NCBI GenBank assembly: GCA_951406725.2
Contig: OX597833.1
Location: 35,340,001-35,404,000, forward strand
Direction: 5' to 3'
Length of the DNA stretch: 64,000 bases
DNA from: Octopus vulgaris
Lineage: Eukaryota
Part shown: one piece after another, positions 1-11,468 of the stretch
Layout of the letters: the number at the start of each line of letters is the position of its first letter
Position numbering within the stretch: the stretch's first letter is position 1
Notes under the pieces: generated by a model
Told to the model about the DNA's origin: nothing
Seen by the model: only the letters and a program-made list of their open reading frames with translations
The model's database searches: none
Translations under genes and position numbers: made by a program

Positions 1-200
1 ACACGCTGATAGAGAGATATTTATGTGGGAACGATATATTTATGTCCAGTTGAATGTACAAGACTTGATTTATTTGTTTTTTTATTCGATTCTTTTATAT
101 TATTGCAGAGATTTACTTTCAAATTCATAGACCACTCTAGTAGTAAACGATTTCCACTGACAAACAAGACAGTTTTTTGTAGAATATAAGGAAAACTATG

Positions 201-231
<31 letters not shown>

Positions 232-254
232 ATATAATATAATATAATATAATA

Positions 255-581
255 TAATATAATCCGTTCTGTGTGTGTGTGTGTGTGTGTCTTCTAGGAT
301 CTCGGGCATCCTCCATCCAATTGCGCTTAAATTTGATACGTAGATACTAACGGTATCAGGGCGTGTATAAGTCTTGAAAAAATTACAAAAATCGATTCCA
401 GGTGAGAAAGAAGTCGATAAAGCTGTGGGAACGTGCATTTGTAAAATCGTTTTTCTTGGAATAGAAAAAAGTCTATCTTTATTTCTTCTTTTGCTGGTGT
501 CTCAAATTTAGGTTAATTCAGTGTTTCTCAAAGGGAGGCCTATGGGACGGTCGGACAAATTGTTTTGAGAAAATTTGGCTT

Positions 582-585
<4 letters not shown>
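255..585 (+). mobile_element. Helitron-like non-autonomous element, 5' portion (copy 1)
   Basis: Clear reverse-complement match to 12255-12660 (TCTTCTAGGATCTCGGGCATCCTCCATCC...GGGAGGCCTATGGGACGG). A subterminal (TG)n follows an AT-rich start, as in invertebrate Helitron-derived elements. No 3' hairpin or CTRR end seen. Confidence 0.55.
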
Positions 586-632
<47 letters not shown>

Positions 633-635
<3 letters not shown>

Positions 636-753
636 CTGCTCGCTTAGCCAGCGGGGTGGCGTCATTCAAAGGCTAAAACAATGCGAACGCATTGTGACCA
701 GCGATGTGTAACAACATCTGATGGTCTGGTCGGTCACGTGATCACGTGATCAC

Positions 754-755
<2 letters not shown>
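633..755 (+). repeat. GC-richer retroposon 3' fragment ending in (TCACGTGA)-type tandem tail, between two (TA)n tracts
   Basis: Short GC-rich insert ending GGTCACGTGATCACGTGATCACGT, flanked by pure (TA)n. Family not identified. Confidence 0.4.
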
Positions 756-802
<47 letters not shown>

Positions 803-961
803 CATGCACATACATACAAACATATATATATACACATATAGAAAGAGGGGGGTATATAATATCCAGGCTGGTACCAAATTTCTCTGATGGTGCGATTTTT
901 GGTAATCATCATTTAGCTTCCATCCGATGTTCCAGTTTGTTTCTTGGCCTCTTCGAGTGTA

Positions 962-1076
962 AATTTGAATATTCAAACGTCATGTTTATTTCTAGTTAGT
1001 TTATTAACAATAATGTTTCGACTATGATTATGAATAAACTAAACAGAAATAAACATACAGTTTGAATTTTCAAATT
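962..1076. repeat. Imperfect inverted repeat (about 50-bp arms), MITE-like hairpin
   Basis: AATTTGAATATTCAAACGTCATGTTTATTTCTAGTTAGTTTATT (from 962) matches the reverse complement of 1027-1076 with few mismatches. Confidence 0.7.
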
Positions 1077-1267
1077 CTTCCTTCTCCTCATTCTCCTTCT
1101 GATCAATAACTATCCGGACTTTTGCTATAGTAACGAAGCTAAAGCACGTAGAGTGAAGTCGCTCGGCACAGATTGGCCTTAAACTCTGCTGTGCATGCGC
1201 ACTAAGTTTTACCGTTTTAGCTTACTTCCGCTATCGGAAAAATGCTATGAAAATCCTTAGATGGCTG

Positions 1268-1328
1268 GGTAACTGAAGAGATGGCGGCGTGGATTTCCAC
1301 CCCGGCATCCGAAACTCGGAGTTTTACC
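1268..1328 (+). ncRNA. Candidate type I hammerhead ribozyme
   Basis: GGTAA-CTGAAGA-GATG..GTGGA-TT-TCCAC..CATC-C-GAAAC-TCGGA-GTT-TTACC: stem I GGTAA/TTACC, core CUGANGA, extended stem II, GAAA, short stem III, GUU triplet. Confidence 0.5.
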
Positions 1329-1414
1329 ATGGTTCCCGAATAATTGTCATATATTACATTTACACATAAATTCCTCTATTCACATAATATCGAGGTCTCT
1401 TATATATATATTAC

Positions 1415-1540
1415 TTATATACAGTCAAGTATATGTCCGGCCATAGAGTGACCACTGATTTCGCATCCATAAAGGGCTTAACCCCATGGATGAGTCGGAT
1501 GTGAAACCATTGGACCGGACATATACTTAATTGCATATAA
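1415..1540. repeat. Nested inverted repeat
   Basis: Outer arms AAGTATATGTCCGG/CCGGACATATACTT, inner arms TTTCGCATCC/GGATGTGAAA and CATCCAT/ATGGATG. Confidence 0.65.
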
Positions 1541-1659
1541 ATACATTACTGCTCTATGCCTTAGAGTGTGCTTTATCGCATATATGATACACTGACAGTA
1601 TGTGTATATATATATCATGTAATACATACAAGTACTTACAAAGCTATAGCTCTTCCATG

Positions 1660-2350
1660 TACCAGGTGTACACTCTAATCTCTTTCAAATTAGGATCCTC
1701 TGGTTCTATGTACTTGTAGTGCTCGAACCACTTCTTTAAGGCCTCACCCTGACGGTCCTCTGAAGTGAAGAGTTTGTCATAACTTCTTTCATCTTTTCGA
1801 TATCTTCAAAACGACTGCCCCTGAGGTTCACCTTCAGTTTGGGAACTTTAGAGAGTGTGAGAGACTGTTTTGATGCCCATTTCTATCTAGTAGTTGGTTA
1901 TCAGGATGGAGTTGTGGACTGTTGCCTTGTTCTGGTGCAGGTGCTCTGGTCTTTTGCGATGAAATTTCTTCCTGAACTCCTTCAAACCTCCACAAAATAC
2001 TCTTTGTCTGGCCAAAGGGAAAGCAGTGAATGTAAATGATACTCTTGCTGCCGAAAAAGAGAATTATCAGGAGGTTGCCACTTGGTGGACTTGCTTTGCC
2101 TGGCCTCCTCTGCTCGTGAAAATATTATGCTTGGTTTATACAAGTTAATCCATAAGCAATCTGGAGCATTTCATAAGTTTCAGTAAAGTTTTCCCAAGTT
2201 TAACACAAAACTTAATTGCATAATGAGTTTCCATTTTGTCTTCACCTGCTGTGAGCCTTCTGCAGACTAGTCAGCTGTGACAAGCAGCGTTTAGTCGGAT
2301 GTGTTCAAAGTACTATTACAGGCGCATTTTTTTTCAGTTTGGAATAACTA
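1660..2350 (-). pseudogene. Degenerate, internally deleted mariner (Tc1/mariner) transposase
   Basis: Minus-strand pieces in several frames: METHYAIKFCVKLGK..TETYEMLQIAYG (N-terminal HTH), ARQSKST, DKEYFVEV, FPKLKVNLRGSRFEDIEKMKE (C-terminus). Stops and frameshifts present. Confidence 0.85.
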
Positions 2351-2389
2351 AAAGTTGACACATCAGCTTATTAGATGTATAGTAATGAT

Positions 2390-2700
2390 ATTTATTTATG
2401 TGTCCTTTGCAAGCCTATCCAGGCTCATGTGCCCGGTTTCCCGGTTTCTGTGGCGTATGTGTACCCCACAGCTGGACGGGACGCCAGTCCATCGCAGCGT
2501 TACCCAAGAAACAAGAAGAAAGAGTGAGAGAAAGTTGGGGCGAAAGAGTACACCAGGGGTATGCATCCACCCCCTGCCGGAGCCTCGTGGAGCTTTAGGT
2601 GTTTTCGCTCAATAAACACACACAACGCCCGGTCTGGGAACCGAGACCGCGATCCTCCGACCGTGAGTCCACTGCCCTAACCACTGGGCCATTGCACCTC
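2390..2700 (-). mobile_element. tRNA-derived SINE with V-domain-like block (family C), near full length
   Basis: Minus-strand head GAGGTGCAATGGCCCAGTGGTTAGGGCAGTGGACTCACGGTCGG.. with A/B-box-like motifs, and internal GCGATGGACTGGCGTCCCGTCCAG resembling the V-SINE domain. Related copy at 63560-63692. Confidence 0.75.
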
Positions 2701-2821
2701 TACATAGTAATGATATACTAAAATTATAATAATTTAGAACAATTATAATGGAATGCTCCATGTATAATTTGATTTTGTTTCGAGAATGTTCTGTATTACA
2801 ACAATATAAACATAATACCGG

Positions 2822-3075
2822 CATGCCAGGTTTAAGCCAAATGGACTGATTTGTTCAAATTGGGCTCTGTGCCAAGAGAGGAACCCGCGCGCACACTCAA
2901 GCGGAGGACGCTATGATAAATTTCTACTATATAATTTTGGCTAATAGTGAAAGCTCAAGTCCTCAACAATTTTTGGCTGGGACTGGTACACTACACGAAG
3001 CATAAAGCAGCAATCTTCGAAGGGCCTCACTGACAATTCGTTAATTGGGCCCAGCACTTCTTAGCGCGGGCACTG
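2822..3075. mobile_element. hAT-like MITE
   Basis: Imperfect TIRs CATGCCAGGTTTAAG / (rc) CAGTGCCCGCGCTAAG. Flanking 8-mers AATACCGG (2814-2821) and TATACCGG (3076-3083) match 7/8, consistent with an 8-bp TSD. Confidence 0.5.
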
Positions 3076-3273
3076 TATACCGGTATATAAATTTTGTGTG
3101 TACTAATATATTTAAATGTACTGGGGGACAGCATAATCTTTACTAGCACGGTGTAAAAGAACAGTTTAAGCATGTATAGCTGTATGTACATACACTATAC
3201 ATATATGTGCACACAGACAGACACACATACACACAATCGCACAGGCACACACACATATTCATCTCTCTCTCTC

Positions 3274-3359
<86 letters not shown>

Positions 3360-3849
3360 GTCATTTAATTTATCATCACTTCGTTATAGCGCCAGTGTAA
3401 AATGCTGCAAAATAAAAATGCGAATTCGCATATTGAACTTTTTTTTTAATATTATTTTTCGTTTCTGTCTTTCGTGACTAACAATAAATAAATAGATAAA
3501 TAAGTTAATAAATAGATAAATAAATAACTAAATTAGGTAAATAAAAAAGAACAATGATGAATAAAGTTGTTATTCAATTTCATATATTTCGTGATTTTCA
3601 CTTACGATACAATCTCCATACGTCTTCCGTGAACTTCATAGAGTTGTCACTTTTTTAAGCTGCACCAAATAAAATACGAAATAAACAATTAAACCTAAAG
3701 TACCAAATTATATTTTTACATATACAAATTAATATACTTCTGCAGCGGAATCTGCTTGTTGTTTCTTATGTTAACTGAGCGAAAAAAATTTCCCTTCCGA
3801 TTTTCCTTTTCACTGGCCATTTTTCTACGATATCATATAAAAAAATAAT

Positions 3850-4055
3850 AATGGTTTCAAATTGTGGCACAAGGCTACCAATATTGGGTGAGGGGGTAAG
3901 TTGATTACATCGACTTCAGTGTCCAGCTGGTATTTATCTTATGGACCCGAAAGGGGGAAAGGCAAAGTTGACCTCGGCGGATTTTGAACTCAGAACGTAA
4001 AGCCAGACGAAATGCCGCTAAGCATTTTACCCGGCATGCTAACAATTGTACCAGA
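3850..4055 (-). mobile_element. SINE family B (tRNA head + GCCTTTCATCCTTTCGGGGTCGATAAA-AGTACCAG block), GAAACC-type tail
   Basis: Homologous to 61861-62092 and other copies in the window. B-box GAGTTCAAAATCC on the minus strand. Confidence 0.8.
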
Positions 4056-4289
4056 AATAAATAACTCTAAGTAAAAATAGAGGGAAGAAATTGTATAAAT
4101 TAAAATGAAGCGGACAGATTAAAAACTATTCAGCTTTTTCTATAGTTTGGTGTTGAACTTGGTCGTGTAGTAAGCAATCCTTACAATTTTCAATTTGCAA
4201 ATTTTTCCATTTGATTTATCCCTGTCGCAATGACAGCTAAACATAGCCTATGCGTCATTGCTTTTTGGCACAAAAGAAAATCAAAATAA

Positions 4290-5240
4290 ACGAATGATGT
4301 GGTATTAAACACTAAATTTAAAATATTGCTGAATTTCGATGATGGACAGCAAGCTATGGATTGTTAAAGGGTTCTCGATCTTTGTCGACCAATTCGTAAT
4401 AACACCATAAACATTAGATCTTTGGTTCAAAGTGTACCATCTTTAGCTGCTTCAAAATTAAGTTGGATTAGAACAAGCATAATGGAAATTATCGAAAAAA
4501 GTTGTAAACATAAGGACAAACGAAATGCATCAGCGTAAATTTCCATTAAGAAAAGTTTCAAGTTTATTTCTTGACCTTAGGATAGCATAGGGGTTTAATA
4601 CTAAGACTGAAAATATTGAGCCTAGTCGCTATTGGATGGAACGAGACAAGAGTCCCTCAAAATTGTCATCGCATTCAGATAATTGTCGAATCTTCAAAGC
4701 TGCAGCTACTTTTCCAATTCTACTGAAAAATATTATTGACGAAGGATATACACTGCAGTAATATTTTATATAGACGAGACAGGCCTGTTTCGAAAACGAA
4801 AACCAAAATGAAGTTATAGAAATATCTGCACCCGGTTTCAAATCTGCCAAGAGGAGTATGATTATCTTGCATGGGGATAATGCTTTAGATCTAAAATTGA
4901 AGCCACTGGTTCATTCTTATTCTGAGACACCAGTAGCTATGAGCGGATACCCTAAATCTAATCTTACTGTTATATGGCAACGCAAGCGGATGATTCATCG
5001 TATTTGAAGATTAGTTCACCTCTTGTTCCTACCCAGCTATGAAAAAATACAGTCTGACTATGAATTTGGAAAATAAAGCTTCATTTCTTGTGAACAATGA
5101 CATAGGGTAACGATGAAATCTGATCGAACTGGGAGATAATGTTCAAGTAGCCTTCTCTGCTTCAATCTATGAGCCAATCTATGAACCAGGAAAGTTATTA
5201 TTATATTGAAAACTTACTATTTACGGCTCTATCAACGGCG
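4290..5240 (+). pseudogene. Tigger/pogo-family DDE transposase remnant
   Basis: Pieces AAATFPILLKNIIDEGY, FYIDETGLFRKRKP, SAPGFKSAK, LKLKPL..SETPVAMSGYPKSNLTVIW and LKTYYLR follow the Tigger motif order FNADETGLFWK / APGFK / KLKPL / KAYYLR. Frameshifted. Confidence 0.85.
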
Positions 5241-5274
5241 TTAAAGGTGGAATGACCGCATGTACATAGGGAAA

Positions 5275-5359
<85 letters not shown>

Positions 5360-5380
5360 ATAGATAGATAGATAGATAGA

Positions 5381-5790
5381 TATTTTCTTTATTAGCCACA
5401 CAGGGATGAGCACAGAGGGGATAAATTACAAAGTAGAGCTTTTCTTTCGGGGGAGAAAAAAAAAGTGGGGTAGGTTTTCGATCAAAAGGGATGGTAAAAA
5501 AGGAAGAAAAAAAACATCAATGGGGATCGTGTATCACAGAAATGTCATAATGTAAAGTGTTAAGGGGGAAACAGATAAGGTTTATCTTTGGAAAGAAAAG
5601 CCTACGGAAAAGACCACGGTAACCTCGGTCAGTAATGTCATATGTTAACACATTTATTTGCAAGTAAGTAACTCTCTGCCTTAAATTTTTCCGGGTTCAT
5701 AGGATCACGCTCAAGGTGGCTTCGTCAGTCATACGTGCCATCCTTGCAACATTCACCCATCTCTTTTTCTTTTTTTGAAACATTCGCATT
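5381..5790 (-). mobile_element. 3' end of a LINE (L1/Tx1-like): ORF2 C-terminus plus 3' UTR
   Basis: Minus frame ECF..KRWVNVARMARMTDEATLSVIL* (stop at 5697-5699), then about 310 nt of UTR ending CCCTGTGTGGCTAATAAAAGAAAATA next to a (TAGA)/(GA)/(TA) microsatellite. Clade assignment is inference. Confidence 0.6.
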
Positions 5791-7160
5791 CCACCAGCTC
5801 CTAACTGAACGAAGTTCCTTACCAGGAGCTATTATACTTTCTCTAATTTCCTCTTTATCTTAACTTACAGTGAAACAATTTCGCCATTCATTACTATCTT
5901 ACTGACAGTTTAGAATACTTTCTCACCTTAAATTCATTAACTTTTGCCAACTCATTTCCATTCTTTTATACTCTATAGAAGTTTTCTTAAATCCCAGACA
6001 ATAAAAGTAATATTTAGAAAAATATATTCTACCTTATTTTAAGCCAACCGTACTAAAATAACTCATCCCTAATAATCAGTTAATATCACTATAAGTAATG
6101 AGTTATGTCCCTTATCTGAATATCCAATCATGTTATGGCAGAACGTGTGACAGTTCTTGTAATAACATTTCATAGCAATATATCTCAAAGCTGCTTCGAA
6201 CGGTTATATATGATCGTCTTTAGAGTTTTACTCGGAAATGAAATTTCAAGTGACGATGTTTAGTTACTAAAAGAATAGGTGAGTGTGTATAAATATATAC
6301 GTGTGTCTATGTGTGTACACATTAATTGTCTAGAACAACCTGTTCAGGTCTTTGCCCCATTTATTTATTGCTTCATTAGGCGAAGCTTTAAATTTAGGAA
6401 TGATTTATGATATTATTTATCTACAAGGAGATCTCTCTCTCGCTCTCCCACTCTCTCTGTTTCTCTCTGTCTGTCTGTCTCTCTCTTTGTCTGCCTGTCT
6501 GTCTGTCTCTCTCTCTCTCGGTATATATAGCTGACGTCATATTTATCATAATAATGCCACTGTTTATTCTCTAAGCCAAGCTCAACTGATAACATCCAAA
6601 TCTGCTGTCATACTCCATTATGATAGGATAGCTGCTTTATGTCTGATTGTAAGATTCAGCAGTGGGTATTGGAATTTGCACAGAGCTTTGCTAGTATTCC
6701 ACTTCCAATAATGTAAAAAAAAAAAGAAAGAAAAATGAAAAATAAGAGTAAAATCAAGAACATACGAAGTTTAGTTACTTGATTAACTATATCTCAATAT
6801 CTGATCCATATCCCAATAACAATAGCGCACCTTAGAAGTATGTGAAAAATGTCTGTGCATGTAGAACAAGTAAGCTTAATAAAGCTTATTTCTCTCTTCA
6901 GCTTATAAACACGGGAGGTGTTGAACTAAGCTCTGCAAACTAATAAAATATTCGGATAGTATATCCTAAAACTTTACAAAGCAAAGTAATATAATTCGAT
7001 TTCTATAAAGTTGGTTATGTTACAGAGGCTGTGTGAGGCAATGTCTACCTGGATCGTTATGCTCCTTTAAGAACTTAAGTTACTTTCTGATCATTCATTC
7101 CATGATTTAGCTCATATTAAAAGTCAAAACGATAGACTGGCAATATTTAATATCTTCTCT

Positions 7161-7335
7161 AAGGCAGAATCGTTAGCATGTCCGTCTTTACGTTCTGAGT
7201 TCAAATTCCGCCGAGGTTAATTTTGACTTTCATCCTTTTCGGGTCGATAAAGTAAGTGCCACTTGAGTACTGGGGAGGATGTAATCGATATAGTTCCTCC
7301 CCCAAAATTGCTGGTCTTGTGCTAAATTTTGAAAC
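7161..7335 (+). mobile_element. SINE family B with 20-bp TSD
   Basis: TSD CAATATTTAATATCTTCTCT (7141-7160) / CAATATTTAATACCTTCTCT (7336-7355). Confidence 0.85.
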
Positions 7336-7905
7336 CAATATTTAATACCTTCTCTTCTTCTTTCTTTATGGTTCGGTATATTAAACATTTTTTTTAGATG
7401 TTAATTCCTTTCTTGGCCATAATAATTTCTTTATTACACTTGTTATTACTTTATTAAAGTATGCTGTCTTTGTCTTCATGTTCTAAGTGTCTTCGCTGTC
7501 AATTTTTTCCATTATCATTATCACAAAACACCACATATGGACCTGCGGAATTTGTGGAAATAATTGAAACTTCATAGAGCGTATTTTCATTTGTAGTGCT
7601 TTCACAAATTTTCTTAAAACTCTCCGATAAATATTGAAAGTAGCATATGGGCTATTTCGCTTTTCTTCTTTTGAACTTGTGCTGTGGAGCCTTGAAATCT
7701 ATTGCTCTTCCGCGCTTCTAATATGGATTAGACAACTGAAGACTGCAGCATAATGATCCATACACGGTAAAAATATCATGAACTATTTTCTCTTGGAAAC
7801 TCTAATCGACATTAGTTTTAGATTTAAAATTCACTTGGATATTGCAAGATAATTATATGCATGGCTGGAGAATGAAATTTATACTTCAAAGATTATTTTG
7901 AAAAT

Positions 7906-7985
7906 ACAGTACCAGTCAAGCACTGGGGTTGATGTAACTGACGGCCCCTTTCCCCCAAAGTTTCAGGCCTTGTGCCTATTGTAGA
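7906..7985 (+). mobile_element. 5'-truncated SINE family B with 18-bp TSD
   Basis: AGTACCAG..CACTGGGGTTGATGTAA..GGCCTTGTGCCTATTGTAG flanked by AAAGATTATTTTGAAAAT (7888-7905 and 7986-8003). Confidence 0.8.
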
Positions 7986-8374
7986 AAAGATTATTTTGAA
8001 AATTTAAGAAACATCGTTATATAAAGACAAACAATCCTGCAAATCAGAGAAAATAAATATGATCAGGTGGCCATATAAAGTTTTCTTTTTCTGTTCTAAA
8101 AGCTATCATGCGGAATAGTAATGTAGGAATATAAAAGTAAACAATGCGACACGAGGATAAAATGATAAATAAGATTCTTGGGAGAAATATAAATGAAGCT
8201 GACTTGTATCATGTTGAGTAAACAAGGTTGCAAGAAAGTGGAATTAGTGTCTGAGAATAGATGTTGTTACTATAAGCACTGCTTTCGGCATTAGAACAAA
8301 CAGCTTTAGTATGTAACCGTCAGAAATAAGTAGGTAGGTAAATAATAAAACATTTCAACTTTACTGATTGTTTT

Positions 8375-8405
<31 letters not shown>

Positions 8406-8492
8406 AATTTTGTGTGTGTGTGTGTGTGCTTATATATATATATACTTACATATACGTATGCATACATAGATATAAACATAGGAATATAAGCA

Positions 8493-8559
<67 letters not shown>

Positions 8560-9059
8560 ATGTACATATATTTATATATGTATGTACATATGTATGTATG
8601 TATATGCATATTCATATCTGCATTTCTATGACTATGATTGCGCGCGCGTGTGTGTGTGTGGGGGGCATTAGCAACGGAAAACTAGCCTAGTTGGTCTGAT
8701 CGAAAAATTGACTATCTACACACACACACACACACCTGTTAGCTGGTGATTACCCAACTTTTTCTGAAACCCAGTACTGTTTTCCTTACTAGTGACTGAA
8801 CATACACGCACTCGTGAAATATACATCTTATCCGCTCCTCAGCATCTTGCGTTTACGACGCCATTAGAAATTAATATTTGTATATCTTATTCACATTACA
8901 GTTCGATCTAAATAACTGAATTATTTCTGTTACTGGAATCGATTATACTGCAGAGCCTTCGAAAGCATATTTTAAACCAACACTACCACGCTGTATTTGT
9001 ATGTTTGTGTATGCGTGTATCTATACACACACATTCGTAAACAATATATATGTACATCT

Positions 9060-9411
9060 CGACTCCATCGGTCATGAATGACCATAGGTGCACCTAAGAG
9101 GTTCCCCTCCGGGGTACAAGTATGGGCGGAAAGTCGCCTCACTGGCGAACACACAACCTAAGGTTGTGTTTATGGAAGACCAACAGTCGCCCATGTTCTC
9201 CACACCACTGTTATTATCCAAGAAAAAGGCAAAGGCTGATAAAACTTAGAACTAGTGACGTCGTAACTCATTTCTACAGCTGAGCGAACTGGAGCAACGT
9301 GAAATAAAGTGTCTTGCTCAAGAACACAACATGCAGCTCGGTCCGGGAATCGAACTCACAACTTCACGATCGTAAGGCCGACGCTCTATCCACTGAGCCA
9401 TGCACCTTCAC
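9060..9411 (-). mobile_element. tRNA-derived SINE family D (tail type 1)
   Basis: Minus head GAAGGTGCATGGCTCAGTGGATAGAGCG..GAGTTCGATTCCC, then TTGAGCAAGACACTTTATTTCAC..CTCCAG..TCAGCTG shared with 26660-26955. Confidence 0.8.
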
Positions 9412-9469
9412 ATATATATATGTGTGTGCATATATAATTGTATATGTGTATGTGAATATATATGTATAT

Positions 9470-9930
<461 letters not shown>

Positions 9931-9975
9931 ATACATTTATGTATACATACATACACACATACATACATACATACA

Positions 9976-10046
<71 letters not shown>

Positions 10047-10276
10047 GTATGTATGTGTGTATATATGTATATACTCTTGCATATATATATGCATATATGC
10101 ATTAACATATATGTACATATACGTGTTTATGTATGGTGTTATTACTGGTGGCAATTAATCTCAAGATCAAACCTAAGAAGCAGAGCAGTGGGAAATGAAA
10201 ACGATGGGCCCCAATTTCATGATTGCCATTGAATATTTCCTCAATCAATTGATTCATTGTAATATTTATTGAGGTG

Positions 10277-10490
10277 AAGGCGGTGCGCCGGCAGAATCCT
10301 TTGCATGCCGGGCGAAAATGCTTAGCAGTATATCGTCTGTCTTTACGCTCTGAGGTCAAATTCCGCTGCGATTCAATTTGCTTTTCATCATTTCGGGGTC
10401 GATTAAATAAGTACCAGTTGAATACCAGCATCGATGTAAACGACTTATCCCACCCTCGAAATTGCTGGCCTCATGCCAAAATTTGAAATC
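10277..10490 (+). mobile_element. SINE family B, GAAACC-type tail
   Basis: Homologous to other B copies. Shares upstream flank with the 16377 copy. Confidence 0.8.
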
Positions 10491-10699
10491 AATATAGCGA
10501 GAGTCATTACTGGGAAAAGGAAAAAAAAATCAAAGAGAATAAAAAAGAGAAATGCATTTAATTTATAATTATAAATATGCACTTAATTAATCATAAATTG
10601 CGAGTGACTGTGAAAGCAAGTAAATCGATTAAACTATTTAATCTAGGAATGATATACTAAAAATTGTTATTTAAAATTGTGTCATATCGTAGCTCTAGA

Positions 10700-10935
10700 A
10701 TAGTATAACAAGGGCGTAGAAGTTTTTAAAATAATATACTTCCTTATATATTTTTGTAAAGGATAAATTTTTAATATCTCTAAATACTTATTCATAAAAA
10801 TAAATTGAATGAATCTTAAACAGACATATACACAAACATTACAATGTACTCATCTTTGATAAGGTCATTATTGCTCTGTATAACTAGATATAATACGCTC
10901 GATAAGTTTGGGATAAGAAATGCGTGCCCTTAATG
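10700..10935 (+). repeat. Local direct duplication, copy 1 (copy 2 at about 11520-11790)
   Basis: Shared blocks AATATCTCTAAATACT.ATTCATAAAAAT, CAGACATATACACAAA, TTGATAAG.TCATTATTGCT.TGTATAACTA and ATAAGAAAT.CGTGC.CTTAAT. Confidence 0.8.
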
Positions 10936-11139
10936 CTCTACCAGCTACGATATGTTCAACCGTTCTTTACAATATGTTCAATTTTTCTTTATGAAGATTG
11001 AGATCGGAAGATACATTGATTTTTGAGATCCAAGTGATAGTAATACCAATGTATTTGAATGGATTCCAGTATCATCTGCGCAGCATGACCACGGCCGCAT
11101 GGCTGAAACGAGTAAAAGAGTATAAAACTTATACATACG

Positions 11140-11468
11140 TGCAGGCGTGGCTATGTGGTAAGAAGCTGGCTTCACAACTACACTGTTTGGAGTTCAGTAC
11201 TACTGCGTGGCATCTTGAGCTAGTGTTTTCTATTAGCGTGTGTGTGTGAATGTAAGTATGTGTGTGCATGCGTGCGTTTTTGTGTTTGTCTCCCCCAACG
11301 ACTGCAGGTAAACCAGTGCTGATGTGTATACATCCCCGTAACTTAGCGGATCAGCAAAAGACACCGACAGAATAAGCAGCAGGCTTTAAAAATACTAGGG
11401 TCAATACATTCGACTAAAAATCCTTCAAGGTCGTCCCCCAGCGTGCCAGACTGAAAGAATAAACAATA
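11140..11468 (+). mobile_element. SINE family A, diverged
   Basis: Head GTGGCTATGTGGTAAGAAGC and 3' block CCCCGTAACTTAGCGG..GCAAAAGA.ACCGA.AGAATAAG as in 46301-46706. Confidence 0.75.

Noticed and set aside
9330-9411. tRNA-like sequences with A/B boxes (also 2630-2700 and 26885-26955)
   Set aside because: SINE heads: no complete cloverleaf with acceptor stem, and they continue into repeat bodies.
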